Part shown: positions 8,898-18,801 of the stretch, in pieces
Layout: each line of letters starts with the position of its first letter
Numbering within the stretch: position 1 is the first letter of the stretch
Origin: Thermoplasmataceae archaeon
GTDB taxonomy: Archaea > Thermoplasmatota > Thermoplasmata > Thermoplasmatales > Thermoplasmataceae
DNA: 37,066 nt
NCBI GenBank assembly: GCA_046704325.1
Contig: JBJKSG010000013.1
Span: 1-37,066, forward strand
Direction: 5' to 3'
The notes under the pieces: generated by a model
Database searches by the model: none
Seen by the model: only the letters and a program-made list of their open reading frames with translations
What the model was told of the DNA's origin: nothing
Made by a program: the position numbers and the translations under genes

Positions 8898-9458
8898 TTA
8901 ACCTCGATTTGCAACGTCACCAATCTTTGAAGCATATTCTCTGAGTTTTGACCAGTTCACTTTCTTCTCCAAAGAGGACATGGTTTCAGGGTCCAGATTA
9001 ATGTTATAGTATTCGAAATCAAGTAGGGTCTTCTCCAAGTCTGATACTGGAACAAATAGGCCTCCGTAATTCAGATATTCAAAGCCAAATAATGCTTTTT
9101 CATCAATCCTGTGCAATATTATTTTGATTCCCATTATCTCACGTACCCCGGGGTTTGCCATGGTGTTCGTTATAATTACAGGAACGGACTGTTGTGTCCA
9201 GATCTTTCTAATTGTTAGTGCATACTGAAGTCCATAGTAAAATGGCCTGAACTTGAATCCAACTGCGACTTCATTTCGGTGAAATGTGTATGCCCCCTTG
9301 CCCAATCTGTACAATCTTCCAGATTTGACAAGGTTGTGAAGCATCAGTCTTATGTAGGGTTCACCTGCTCCTTGACTAACCAGAAACCTTCTTGCATCAT
9401 TTGTAGTGAACATGGTCTGCTTTGAAAAGAATTCAATGAAGTATGTCTCATATTTCAT
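8898..9458 (-). CDS. AbiEi-like (COG5340) winged-HTH protein, putative antitoxin/transcriptional regulator of a type IV TA or abortive-infection pair
   Basis: 186 aa. The N-terminal wHTH carries the characteristic G-L-R-x-RGvY motif (LVKSGRLYRLGKGAYTF). The C-terminal domain carries the conserved (E)(R/K)TLLD motif (VSDLEKTLLDF). It overlaps the upstream NTase gene by 11 nt, which suggests translational coupling. Confidence 0.65.
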   Translation of the reverse strand: MKYETYFIEFFSKQTMFTTNDARRFLVSQGAGEPYIRLMLHNLVKSGRLYRLGKGAYTFHRNEVAVGFKFRPFYYGLQYALTIRKIWTQQSVPVIITNTMANPGVREIMGIKIILHRIDEKALFGFEYLNYGGLFVPVSDLEKTLLDFEYYNINLDPETMSSLEKKVNWSKLREYASKIGDVANRG

Positions 9459-10089
9459 TTACCCACCTTTTTATATAATCTACCATGCGAACAAAATTCA
9501 GACCTTCAGCTCCAGCATAAAGGAGTGAACTCAATATGCCTTCGTTAACAGGCGCTTTTATTTCACGTAAGAAATTTGACAATTCCACTTTCACTGTGTA
9601 ATCCGTCTTGTCTAACCAGTTTGTCAGAACATAAAGATCATAAATGTCCCTTATAAATCTCCTGCCATGGTAGGCTTCTATCTTCCTGATCATCAATTCT
9701 GTCGGGCTTAGCACGCTTATTGTCTTAACGCTCCCATCGGTTCGCGAATAAGCCCTTATCTCATTTTCAGCGAATCCAGGTTTTGATTCAATGAGGATGT
9801 CAATTTCATTTCTGCCAATCCTAGCCCTTGTCGGAAGATCTGGGTCCTGCCAAATAAGCTTCATACCATTTTCTTCTAGAGATGAGATGAAGTCATCAAA
9901 TGCAGTTCTCTCAAGGTAGATGTCAAGACCATCTGAAAAACGCATTCCTCCAAAACATCTACAGATTGCAGTACCACCATAGAGGAGTGCATTACTCTGG
10001 AAACTATCATAAATTAGGTCTATCACATAATCCTGAAGTTCAGCAAGCCTCAGCCTTTGACCACTAAGGTATGATCCAATTGGTTTCAC
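9448..10089 (-). CDS. AbiEii/AbiGii-family (DUF1814) nucleotidyltransferase, putative toxin
   Basis: 213 aa. N-terminal NTase motif hGGTA(l) ... R(F)SxDLD(i) is present as LLYGGTAICRCFGGMRFSDGLDIYLE. C-terminal RDlYDL motif is present as RDIYDLYVL. Both are family signatures from established knowledge; identity was not measured. Confidence 0.7.
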   Translation of the reverse strand: MKPIGSYLSGQRLRLAELQDYVIDLIYDSFQSNALLYGGTAICRCFGGMRFSDGLDIYLERTAFDDFISSLEENGMKLIWQDPDLPTRARIGRNEIDILIESKPGFAENEIRAYSRTDGSVKTISVLSPTELMIRKIEAYHGRRFIRDIYDLYVLTNWLDKTDYTVKVELSNFLREIKAPVNEGILSSLLYAGAEGLNFVRMVDYIKRWVNEI

Positions 10090-10511
10090 TTAAATATGTA
10101 ATTGTTATATTATATTATAACTTTCACTGATTGTTTGTTGATGAATAATTCAGTTAATATATTTACTTAGGCAGTGTGTGCGAAATAAGTTGAACCGATT
10201 AGCTGCAAAGTATATTTTTTCATCAATTTGTCGAGATTTAAGAGAATTTGAGTTAGCAACTCTTCGTAAATCTATTCCTTCGTTCGGTATAGAATATTGA
10301 TCTCATAATATCTGGGTCCTATCATTATTTATCAGATAAACAGAGTTCTTTTAGCCATATTCTAATACAGTTCCGATCTGGGAATAACTGCTCATCCCAC
10401 CTATGCCGTTTCTTATAACGATTTTCTTCATGAGTGTTTAGAACAGTTCCTTCTGACATGATACCAAGTACCTGTAAAGCACATGCATATACAGTATGAG
10501 CAGTTTCAAAA

Positions 10512-10528
10512 TATATATATATATATCA
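10512..10528. repeat. (AT)8 dinucleotide repeat / TATA-like promoter element
   Basis: atatatatatatatatc lies immediately upstream of ORF 10536..11291. The spacing fits a leaderless start at the ATG at 10548 better than at 10536. Confidence 0.5.
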
Positions 10529-10535
10529 AAGAAGC

Positions 10536-11291
10536 ATGGTTTTGAATATGCTCGAGAAGAGGAGCAGGTGGATCGCATTCTTCTCTGTAATAGCTGCGAT
10601 TATTGTGATAGTATCTGTGTTATACTATGAGACGCCTCAACAAAGAAATGCTCCTTGCCCCCTACAACCTAATGTAACCATACATAACGGCACTCTGAAT
10701 CATACCTGGAACGGAGCCTTCGTATTCTCAATATCCGTATTAGGCAATTTATCAACGGTACTAACAATAAGTGAACCCGGCTACCCTGAATCCACTGTAA
10801 ACCTTTCGATTCGGGGGTTCGGTATTTCAAACTGTATTATTGATTTCTTTGTGAACGTCTCCGGTCATCTCGCAACGAATCTTCCGATCTCATCATTTGT
10901 TCTGAATCAGACCTTATCGGGCCCACCCCAGGCCATGAACCGCTTCATGCTTGGTGATATGGCAGGTAACCCGCAGAATTTTATACCTCAGTACAAGTGG
11001 TTCAATTCTACCCCAAATTGGGGGAAGACGATAAGGTTCTTCCCGGCGACTGTCGGTACAAATGAATTCTACTTTGGACTCTCCTTATACTCTAACCTTA
11101 CAAACGATACAATTCCGGAATCCAACAACAGCAGCCTGTATAACTTCTCAAGTTTTGAGTGCAGCATAATCTACGTAACTAATTGGGAGTCAAACACTTC
11201 TTGGCAGTACAATTATAACTTCCCCTTATCCATGATTGGACTGACAAAGCAGGTTAGTTCCCAGATCGATCTTAGGCTTGTGGATGGATAA
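10536..11291 (+). CDS. hypothetical secreted protein with N-terminal signal anchor and very high N-glycosylation sequon density
   Basis: 251 aa. Signal anchor WIAFFSVIAAIIVIVSVLYY. At least 15 N-x-S/T sequons (NGT, NHT, NLS, NVS, NQT, NST, NLT, NDT, NNSS, NFS, NTS...). Start may be the ATG at 10548. Confidence 0.45.
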   Translation: MVLNMLEKRSRWIAFFSVIAAIIVIVSVLYYETPQQRNAPCPLQPNVTIHNGTLNHTWNGAFVFSISVLGNLSTVLTISEPGYPESTVNLSIRGFGISNCIIDFFVNVSGHLATNLPISSFVLNQTLSGPPQAMNRFMLGDMAGNPQNFIPQYKWFNSTPNWGKTIRFFPATVGTNEFYFGLSLYSNLTNDTIPESNNSSLYNFSSFECSIIYVTNWESNTSWQYNYNFPLSMIGLTKQVSSQIDLRLVDG

Positions 11292-11329
11292 GCTATAAAT
11301 GATTTTATATCTTAGTAAGATGGTGGATT

Positions 11330-11800
11330 GTGCCAAAAGTTGCAGTCATAATGGGCAGCAAAAGCGATCTCCCGGTGATGCAAGAAGCTATTGATGTCTT
11401 AAAGAGCTTTGGCATCGAAGTTGTCTCGAAGGTAGTTTCTGCCCATAGGACTCCATCTCTAATGTATGAGTTTGCGCGTGAAGCTGAAAAGAATGGAATT
11501 GAAGTTATAATTGCTGCGGCCGGAGGAGCTGCACACTTACCAGGTATGACTGCATCTCTTACTTCTCTTCCCGTAATTGGGGTTCCGATACAGACAAAGG
11601 CGCTTGCGGGCGTTGACTCGCTCTATTCGATAGTGCAGATGCCTTATGGAATACCGGTTGCAACTGTAGCGATCGGCGGGGCAAAGAATGCTGCTCTACT
11701 TGCAATTCGCATCCTGTCCATAAAACATGAAGAGCTAAGGGAGAGACATAAAACCTTCATGAAGACTCAGACAGAGGACATCCTGAAGGACCCGCTATGA
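11330..11800 (+). CDS. purE: N5-carboxyaminoimidazole ribonucleotide mutase (class I PurE)
   Basis: 156 aa. [12 protein letters not shown] and SAHRTP (class I signature). GTG start. Stop overlaps the purK start (ATGA). Confidence 0.9.
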   Translation: MPKVAVIMGSKSDLPVMQEAIDVLKSFGIEVVSKVVSAHRTPSLMYEFAREAEKNGIEVIIAAAGGAAHLPGMTASLTSLPVIGVPIQTKALAGVDSLYSIVQMPYGIPVATVAIGGAKNAALLAIRILSIKHEELRERHKTFMKTQTEDILKDPL

Positions 11801-12870
11801 GGCGGGTTGGAATCGTCGGTTCCGGGCAGTTAGGTTGGATGCTTATCCAGGAAGGTATCAAACTGAACATCCATTTCAGCGTGATAGATTCAAACCCTGA
11901 TGCCCCCGCTTCTAGGATTGCAGATGAGTTTTTTCTCCCGTCGAAATACAAGGAGTTTGTTGATTCGGTTGAAGTGGTGACACCGGAATTCGAGCATGTA
12001 GATCCTGGCGTTCTGAAATACGCGGAGGAGCAGGGGAAGTTATACCCGGGCCTGAGGGCTCTTGATCTAAAACTTGAAAGACACAGGGAGAAGCTTTTCC
12101 TCAAGCAAATAGCAATTAGAACACCAAAATTCTACGTTGCTAATGGACCAGATGAAGCCATTTCTTTTTCAGAAAATTTTGACGAGTCTGTGATAAAACG
12201 GTCTTCCGGCGGATACGACGGGAAAGGTCAGTACCTTACATCAAACACTCAGAAACCGAAACTGCCTGATGATGATGCAACATACGTGGTCGAGGAGTAT
12301 ATCAGATATGATTTCGAAGCATCAATTATCGCAGTGAGAATGCGCAACGGAAGAATATTATTCAACGAACCGTCATACAACTTCAACAGCTCCGGCATCC
12401 TTGTGTATAACTATGCTCCCTGTCCTGATTTCGGTATGAGGGAAAAAGCAAGGGCTATCATGGAAGCACTGGATTACGTTGGTGTCATGGGCATCGAGTT
12501 TTTCATCGTTTCTGGTGAATCAATTGTTAATGAATTCGCGCCCAGAGTGCATAATTCCGGACACCACACCCTTAGTGGTTCCTCTATCTCACAATTCGAG
12601 CAGCATCTTCGTGCGGTACTAGACATTCCGTTACCAGAGCCACAGCTGTTAGTGCCAAGTGGCATGGTTAACATAATTGGGAGGGAGATCGACAATAATC
12701 TGATCGATTCACTGCTTTCAATAGGACAGACTAAGGTCTATTCTTACGGGAAGGAGCCACGCCCCAAACGTAAACTTGGTCATGTAAACGTGGTCGCAGA
12801 ATCTACTGACGATCTTCTGGAAAACATCTCGAGAATTAAGGACGTGATATACCATGGGGAGCTTCCATGA
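11797..12870 (+). CDS. purK: N5-carboxyaminoimidazole ribonucleotide synthetase (ATP-grasp)
   Basis: 357 aa. N-terminal [16 protein letters not shown]-grasp core, and the [11 protein letters not shown] motif. Coupled to purE. Confidence 0.9.
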   Translation: MRRVGIVGSGQLGWMLIQEGIKLNIHFSVIDSNPDAPASRIADEFFLPSKYKEFVDSVEVVTPEFEHVDPGVLKYAEEQGKLYPGLRALDLKLERHREKLFLKQIAIRTPKFYVANGPDEAISFSENFDESVIKRSSGGYDGKGQYLTSNTQKPKLPDDDATYVVEEYIRYDFEASIIAVRMRNGRILFNEPSYNFNSSGILVYNYAPCPDFGMREKARAIMEALDYVGVMGIEFFIVSGESIVNEFAPRVHNSGHHTLSGSSISQFEQHLRAVLDIPLPEPQLLVPSGMVNIIGREIDNNLIDSLLSIGQTKVYSYGKEPRPKRKLGHVNVVAESTDDLLENISRIKDVIYHGELP

Positions 12871-12890
12871 TTCTCCACTGCGCCGTTAAA

Positions 12891-13742
12891 TCATAAAGAA
12901 TTCTGAAACTTGAAAGCCTTTAGAAGGTTGCTGAAAATCAGGCTCGCGGTTATCGGACCGACCCCTCCTGGTACAGGAGTGATCCTTTTTACCCAGCCGG
13001 ATAACGATGCGAAGTCTCCATCGCCGACTACTTTTCCCTCCACATAGTTGATTCCAACATCTATAAACGTGCAGTCCGGGTTTATCATCTCATCGTTGAA
13101 GAAGTTCGGTTTGCCCACAGCTGCAATCACGACGTCTGAACGGCGGGTATATATGACCACATCCGGCGTTTTTGAATGGCACACAGTGACCGTGTAATCG
13201 CGATTCAGGAGCATTTGAGAAAGTGGCCGTCCAACGACCGGGGTTCTATTCACAATCGTAACAATAGATGAGCGCAACTCAGGGTACTGCTCCATGATAT
13301 GAACAACCGCATTTGCGGTGGCTGGTGTAAGGAACTCAGTTCTATTTACTATTCTGCCCTGGTTGGCAGAAGAAGTTCCGTCAACATCTTTCTCCATAGG
13401 AATGTGATCGGATATATCGGTGAAACTCAAATGGGCCGGAAGAGGGTTCTCGATCATTATACCGGTTACATCCGGATTTGAAGAAAGACTTTCTATTCTG
13501 CTCAGAAGGGATTCTCTGGTCACATCTCTTTCCAATCTTTCCAGTTCGACAGATACCCCCAGTTTAGTGCCTCTTTTTATCTTTGCCTCAGCATAGATGC
13601 GTGCACCGGGGTCATCTCCAACCTTGAGTAACCTCAGGCTTGCAACCTTGCCGGATGCATCCTGTGCCTCCTTGAATTCCCTGGATAGGGAACCCATAAT
13701 GTTTTCTGCAATCTTGTTCCCGTCAATTATCTCAGCAGGCAA
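12891..13742 (-). CDS. folD: bifunctional methylenetetrahydrofolate dehydrogenase/methenyl-THF cyclohydrolase
   Basis: 283 aa. EKDVDG and TPVPGGVGPITASL motifs, and the lysine-containing N-terminal substrate motif. Starts 1 nt after the gdh stop. Confidence 0.85.
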   Translation of the reverse strand: MPAEIIDGNKIAENIMGSLSREFKEAQDASGKVASLRLLKVGDDPGARIYAEAKIKRGTKLGVSVELERLERDVTRESLLSRIESLSSNPDVTGIMIENPLPAHLSFTDISDHIPMEKDVDGTSSANQGRIVNRTEFLTPATANAVVHIMEQYPELRSSIVTIVNRTPVVGRPLSQMLLNRDYTVTVCHSKTPDVVIYTRRSDVVIAAVGKPNFFNDEMINPDCTFIDVGINYVEGKVVGDGDFASLSGWVKRITPVPGGVGPITASLIFSNLLKAFKFQNSL

Positions 13743-13743
13743 T

Positions 13744-14832
13744 CTATCCGGTCCAGTCTATGACGCTTTTCAACTCATCCTTCTGCCTTGCAGTGAAAAT
13801 ATCCGTATTCTCGGGTTTGAATTTAGCTGTTATTACTTCCTCAAGCTTCTTTCCATAGGTATAATGCCACTTTGTAAGATACTCGATTGCCTGGAAGTAG
13901 TGTTTCTTCGCTGCATCCACGCTTCCGGCTATTGTAATGTTTCTCTCAACAAGGTAATCGATGTCTGCACCCGAGAAGGATCCTGGAGGAGCTCTGCCGT
14001 TGGTGCCAAAAAGGAGGACTACGCCGTTGTAATTTACCTTTCTGGTGAAATTGAAGATGGTAGTGGGGTCACCACTTGTGTCGATGAGGAGATCTATGCC
14101 GGACGCAAACGGTTTCTCCGGGTCTGCTTTGAAATCCGCGAATGACAGGCCAAGGTCATTCAATGTACCAAGGGTTCGATCACTGAGCGGATGCCTGTTA
14201 ATCATCAGTGATTCGAATCCATACTCTTTCGCCATCATCGCATAGAGGAAGGCCTCACAGCCAGTCCCGATTACGACTGCATGCTTATCCAGTATCGTGG
14301 AATCTTCTCCGGAGAAGACAGCTCTTTTCGAGACCGTGTCGAAGACCTCGAACGCCTTGAGCACGTTCTTCAGCGGCTCCGTCAATACTCCCACTTCCCG
14401 AAGGCCAACGTCATCTACCTTCACCAGATACTCTGGATCGTCGGAGAATAGTTCCTGCATAAATCCGTGCATACCGGTAATGCCAGCTTCGTGTTTCTTA
14501 CCATCGCTGCAGTTGTCCTGTCTCCCTATTCTGCAATTGACACAGTCACCAGGTCTCCTCACGACAGGTACTACAAGATCACCTTTCCTGAAACCCTGAA
14601 CATTCGAATCCTGCACCTGACATAAGGATTCGTGGCCAATCACCAGGTAATCATATCCATCAGGATTGTATGCAAAGCCTAGAGAACCGGAGACTATTCC
14701 TCTGTCAGTACCGCAGACTCCGGTATATAACGGCGAGAGCAGAACGTCATACTTGTCTGTATTGGACTGTATTGTCTTGAGCGATACGCCACCCTTTGGC
14801 GCATCGGTAACAAGTGCCTTGATGTTTGACAT
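13744..14832 (-). CDS. gdh: glucose 1-dehydrogenase (zinc-dependent MDR family, Thermoplasma type)
   Basis: 362 aa. Long collinear resemblance to Thermoplasma acidophilum glucose dehydrogenase as I remember it (ALVTDAPKGGV..., CGTDRG, GHE, VVPVVRRPGDCVNCRIGRQDNCSDG, KHEAGITGMHGFM, LTEPLKNVLKAFEVFD, NITIAGSVDAAKKHY). Confidence 0.8.
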   Translation of the reverse strand: MSNIKALVTDAPKGGVSLKTIQSNTDKYDVLLSPLYTGVCGTDRGIVSGSLGFAYNPDGYDYLVIGHESLCQVQDSNVQGFRKGDLVVPVVRRPGDCVNCRIGRQDNCSDGKKHEAGITGMHGFMQELFSDDPEYLVKVDDVGLREVGVLTEPLKNVLKAFEVFDTVSKRAVFSGEDSTILDKHAVVIGTGCEAFLYAMMAKEYGFESLMINRHPLSDRTLGTLNDLGLSFADFKADPEKPFASGIDLLIDTSGDPTTIFNFTRKVNYNGVVLLFGTNGRAPPGSFSGADIDYLVERNITIAGSVDAAKKHYFQAIEYLTKWHYTYGKKLEEVITAKFKPENTDIFTARQKDELKSVIDWTG

Positions 14833-14887
14833 ATTTAAAGTGAAGAGATCAAAATATAATATTGTTGTCTCGGCTCTCTATCTAATA

Positions 14888-15466
14888 TTAAAGCTGATGG
14901 CCAAGCCTCTCTCTCTTTGTCTGAAGATAAAAACGGTCATCAGGCGTTGGATCCGAGAGAATAGGTATTCTTTCCTCTATTTCTATACCATTGTCCAGCA
15001 GAAACTGGAATTTCGTGGGATTGTTTGACATTAGCTTGACACTCTTTATCTTGAAATATTCTAAAGTATTGACCACAAAGGTATAGTCTCGTTTGTCAAC
15101 AGGGAGGCCAAGGGCCACATTCGCCTCAACAGTATCATAGCCCTGATCCTGAAGGCTGTAGGCCCTTATCTTATTAAGGAGGCCTATCCCTCTCCCCTCC
15201 TGTCTCAGGTAGATCAGAATTCCAGATTCGTGTGACCCAAGATACTCCAGTGATTTTATGAGCTGGTCCCTGCAGTCACATCTTTTCGATCCGAGGACCT
15301 CACCTGTTACGCATTCTGAATGTATACGCAGAGGCACACCTGTTTTTCCGGTTATCTCTCCTTTCACCAGAACCGCATGATCCTTGCCCTCTTCATTGGA
15401 AAATGCATAGATAGTAAATTCACCATATATTGTAGGTAGACGTGCCTTTGCAAACAGTTCAAACAT
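14888..15466 (-). CDS. ribA: GTP cyclohydrolase II (bacterial-type RibA, stand-alone)
   Basis: 192 aa. [10 protein letters not shown], the CDC zinc site and the [16 protein letters not shown] motif. Confidence 0.8.
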   Translation of the reverse strand: MFELFAKARLPTIYGEFTIYAFSNEEGKDHAVLVKGEITGKTGVPLRIHSECVTGEVLGSKRCDCRDQLIKSLEYLGSHESGILIYLRQEGRGIGLLNKIRAYSLQDQGYDTVEANVALGLPVDKRDYTFVVNTLEYFKIKSVKLMSNNPTKFQFLLDNGIEIEERIPILSDPTPDDRFYLQTKRERLGHQL

Positions 15467-15621
15467 TTCGAATGATAGTCATATCACATCCATATAAAAA
15501 CTTAATTTTGTGGACGCAGCGAATTAGGCTTCCAGCGAAAGCTCATCTCTATGAAGAACCTGAAAAGTCACGAAATACCCCCACGATCGGTGCATACAGT
15601 CAGGTGAAGAAAGTGAAGTAT

Positions 15622-16815
15622 TCATGAACCTTCATTTCTCAGCTTCCTTGCAATGAATATCCTGTCTCCATTTCTGAACAGGTATACCCTTTCTCCAGAC
15701 CAGTCCTTATTCGTAATAGAAGCAACAAACCGGTAATATCTCACGGGATCCAGGTTGTATCTCGGAATAACCCGTGATGGACGCAATCTCGCAAGTTCAT
15801 CACTTAGGCTAGAAGCATCGGTTTCTTTCAGGATCTCGTAATATTCACCATTTTCCTGTAGAGAATCGATTTTATCAGAGGTGAGGACAATTCTCCTGTT
15901 GTCCCTGAAATAGCAGGTATACATGGATGGATCGAACACCTCGTTAAGGAGGTTGGAATACACGATAGAAGGATCCGGTAATATAAAGAAAGCACCCGGA
16001 TGTACCGAAGTTTCATATTCAGTGGAATCCGCAGTACCTTCAATCCTCCTGCCTGAAGGAAGCTGAACCGCAGATCTTTCCGCTTTCATTATATCTTTTG
16101 AGTAATACGTCAATCTGGAAAGTCGCCCATTTATTGAGATATACTCCCTCTCCCCCTCAAAAGGCAGATTTTGGAGGGGCATCAACGGAGGGAGGTCAAA
16201 AATAAAATCATTGCTCTTCGGAGCTGCTCTGAGTAATTCGTCTGGTCTCGGATCCAGAGTTTCCAGTGTTTTTTCGCTTCTACCAGCTAATCTGACAGGA
16301 TCGCTGAACAGAACCGAATCCTGAACCTTTGCGCAATAGTTAAGCGCGTCGTCTCTTATGACGGAAAGATTCGATTCATACGATATTGCGTTAAGCTTCC
16401 CCAGGGCAACTCGCTTCCTGTCTCTTTCAATGGCAGTAACCTCATCGCTGACAAGGGAGAACATAATGGACTGCATGCATGCACCGGCCCCGAGGTCCAG
16501 TATCTCCCTGTTTCCAACCCTTGAGGCCCTGTAATTCCCTATAATTTCGGGGGTTGAATATGAGGCTGAATAAGAATCAAGCCACATCTCTTTGGACCTG
16601 GAAAATTTCTTCTCAACAGATACCCTGGCCCTTGATAATTCAAACATCAGGTCTGAATAATTGCGATATTGCGATGCTATTCGAATGGACTTTGGAAGAT
16701 ACCCACTAGCCTGGAGATCTGCTATCCTGTTCACCTCATAGCTTGCAGATTCTCTTAGCTTCTGAGAATCGAGCAGCTTTTCCAGGAACCTTGCTTCTCC
16801 TGTATCATCGGGCAT
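15622..16815 (-). CDS. class I SAM-dependent methyltransferase, target unknown (possibly RNA amino-methyltransferase-like)
   Basis: 397 aa. Motif I ILDLGAGAC, acidic motif II (AIERD) and a motif IV-like LFSDPVR (DPxR rather than DPPY). Long N- and C-terminal extensions. Confidence 0.5.
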   Translation of the reverse strand: MPDDTGEARFLEKLLDSQKLRESASYEVNRIADLQASGYLPKSIRIASQYRNYSDLMFELSRARVSVEKKFSRSKEMWLDSYSASYSTPEIIGNYRASRVGNREILDLGAGACMQSIMFSLVSDEVTAIERDRKRVALGKLNAISYESNLSVIRDDALNYCAKVQDSVLFSDPVRLAGRSEKTLETLDPRPDELLRAAPKSNDFIFDLPPLMPLQNLPFEGEREYISINGRLSRLTYYSKDIMKAERSAVQLPSGRRIEGTADSTEYETSVHPGAFFILPDPSIVYSNLLNEVFDPSMYTCYFRDNRRIVLTSDKIDSLQENGEYYEILKETDASSLSDELARLRPSRVIPRYNLDPVRYYRFVASITNKDWSGERVYLFRNGDRIFIARKLRNEGS

Positions 16816-16846
16816 TGAGAGGCAAATGCAAAAACGTTAATTAAAT

Positions 16847-17752
16847 TTGAATCCTTTCTCCAACGTGCAGCTCATACGAACGGGAAAAGTGAAGGAGGTT
16901 TTCGACGACGGAAACAGGCTCGTGTTCAAATTCACCGACAAGATTTCAGTATTCGACAAGATTATACCAACTCTGATTGAGGGGAAGGGCCAGTCTCTCT
17001 GCAGGACTTCCGCATTCTGGTTCAAAACTGTTGCAGATCTTGGGTTCGAAACGCATTTCCTTTCAGCGGAAACTCCGACGCAAATGACAGTAAGGAAATT
17101 CCGCATCATTGAATCTGGAGCTTCAAAGTTTGAGATCGATTACCTGATTCCACTTGAATTCGTCACACGATATTATGCTGCGGGATCCCTGATGGACAGG
17201 ATCAAGAATGGTTCCCTTGATTATCATTCTCTTGGATTCTCAAACCTTCCGAAGTACGGGGAGGAGATACCGGATCCATTTTTCGAGGTCACTACAAAAT
17301 TCGAGAAATTCGACAGGCCGTTAAGCATAGAGGAGGCATGCGACATAGGCGGAGTCACCAGAGAGGAGCTCCTGACCATAAGGGACGAGATATTCAGTAT
17401 TGATAGAAAGATGCAGAGAGTCGTCGGAACGCGTGGCCTGATACATGCAGACGGAAAGAAGGAATTCGGACTGGGTTACCGCAGAAACCCTGTAATAGTT
17501 GACACGTTCGGAACAGCAGACGAGGACAGGTTCTGGGAAAAGAAGGATATGGACAGCGGGAAGATTGTGGAGCTGAGCAAGGAGTTTGTGAGACAGCACT
17601 ACAGGGAAACCGGTTATCACTCGCAACTATACGCAGCGAGAGAAAAAGGGGAAAAAGAGCCTGAAATACCGGCCCTTCCAGATGCACTTAAGAAGGAGAC
17701 TGAATCTCTCTACAGAAATATGTTTGAAAGGCTAACAGGAGAGAAATGGTAG
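16847..17752 (+). CDS. purC: phosphoribosylaminoimidazole-succinocarboxamide synthase (SAICAR synthetase)
   Basis: 301 aa from a TTG at 16847; the more likely start is the GTG at 16865 (MQLIRTGKVKEVFD...). PurC signature GKVKEV...DKISVFD. Diverges from the methyltransferase gene across a promoter region of about 30-50 bp. Confidence 0.88.
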   Translation: MNPFSNVQLIRTGKVKEVFDDGNRLVFKFTDKISVFDKIIPTLIEGKGQSLCRTSAFWFKTVADLGFETHFLSAETPTQMTVRKFRIIESGASKFEIDYLIPLEFVTRYYAAGSLMDRIKNGSLDYHSLGFSNLPKYGEEIPDPFFEVTTKFEKFDRPLSIEEACDIGGVTREELLTIRDEIFSIDRKMQRVVGTRGLIHADGKKEFGLGYRRNPVIVDTFGTADEDRFWEKKDMDSGKIVELSKEFVRQHYRETGYHSQLYAAREKGEKEPEIPALPDALKKETESLYRNMFERLTGEKW

Positions 17753-18148
17753 TTACTGTATCCCCAGGCCTATCTGGTTCTCCAGGAAATGCCACAGTTG
17801 ATGTTCAAGTTCGTATGCCCAGAGTGTTTCAGGCACCTCATCATAAACATGATTAGGGGAATGCAGAAAGTGGTCTACCGAGTCCGGGTCTAGGGTCTGC
17901 AGCCATTCTGACACTCCCATATACACGGTAAAATATACCGAATCACCCCTTATGAATATGGAAAACGCTCTGTTCATTGCAAGTATTGTCCTGAAGAAGC
18001 CGCCCTTCTTCGCCTGGATTAGTTCGCACTTGCCGTTCCTAGCATCCTGAACGGTGAAGCCTTCCTCCTGAAAAAACTGCTTTACAAGTGACGCAACCTT
18101 CTCCAGTTCAACGTTCTTCTCGTGGTATTCTCTGCTTGCGTACTTCAC
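17753..18148 (-). CDS. hypothetical protein
   Basis: 131 aa ORF immediately convergent with the purC end. No recognisable motif. Confidence 0.35.
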   Translation of the reverse strand: MKYASREYHEKNVELEKVASLVKQFFQEEGFTVQDARNGKCELIQAKKGGFFRTILAMNRAFSIFIRGDSVYFTVYMGVSEWLQTLDPDSVDHFLHSPNHVYDEVPETLWAYELEHQLWHFLENQIGLGIQ

Positions 18149-18245
18149 GTGGACGTATCATTATTCATTAGATATACGTTTTCAAGTTTGAGGACTAAAT
18201 GGATGGGTAAATGGCAGCATTACTATCGGAAGGATATGGATATAT

Positions 18246-18269
18246 AGATTTCTGGATTTCCAGAAATCT
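18246..18269. promoter_or_regulatory. perfect 10-bp inverted repeat (agatttctgg-attt-ccagaaatct), putative operator, with an adjacent TATA-like atatata sequence
   Basis: Read directly from the sequence. The palindrome lies about 27 nt upstream of the ATG at 18296 and just downstream of atatata (18239-18246), so it overlaps the expected TSS. Confidence 0.45.
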
Positions 18270-18295
18270 TATAATCTAGTATTCTATCTCCTCTC

Positions 18296-18772
18296 ATGGC
18301 AGAAGAAGATAAAGAAAACGCAGAACCAACGAGCGAAGAGAAAGAAGACGAAAAGAACGTTTCTGTAAAGGGCATACAGAAAGATCTTTACCACCGGATC
18401 CTGGACCTTGCAAGAAGTACCGGAAAGACTGTAGGCGAAATAACAAATGACGCATACAAGGGCTTCCTTATCACGGTAAACAGTGCCAAGGAGGTATCGA
18501 AAAACCTGGTTGAAGGTGCTAAGCAGTCGAAGTATCAATCAATTTCAAACCTCGGTCAGGTCGATATTACCGGAAGCGAACTCAAGGATTTCGATAAGCA
18601 GGTCTCTTTCAGTCACATAAAGAAGCTGAGAATCAGCGATATCACCGACAGCGACTTTACGAAGCACATCGCGGAGATACAGAACGTGGCCGAACTCACG
18701 GTTTCGAAGGAAGTAAAGAAGGTCTCAATCCTCAAGAAATGCAGCTTTGTTGACAAAATTAAGCAGGAGTAA
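18296..18772 (+). CDS. hypothetical protein with highly acidic N-terminus and a possible small DNA-binding (RHH/AbrB-like) segment
   Basis: 158 aa. MAEEDKENAEPTSEEKEDEK..., then SVKGIQKDLYHRILDLARSTGKTVGEI. The fold assignment is a guess. Confidence 0.4.
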   Translation: MAEEDKENAEPTSEEKEDEKNVSVKGIQKDLYHRILDLARSTGKTVGEITNDAYKGFLITVNSAKEVSKNLVEGAKQSKYQSISNLGQVDITGSELKDFDKQVSFSHIKKLRISDITDSDFTKHIAEIQNVAELTVSKEVKKVSILKKCSFVDKIKQE

Positions 18773-18801
18773 ATTCAATTAATCTCCAAGTATAGAGAAC
18801 A

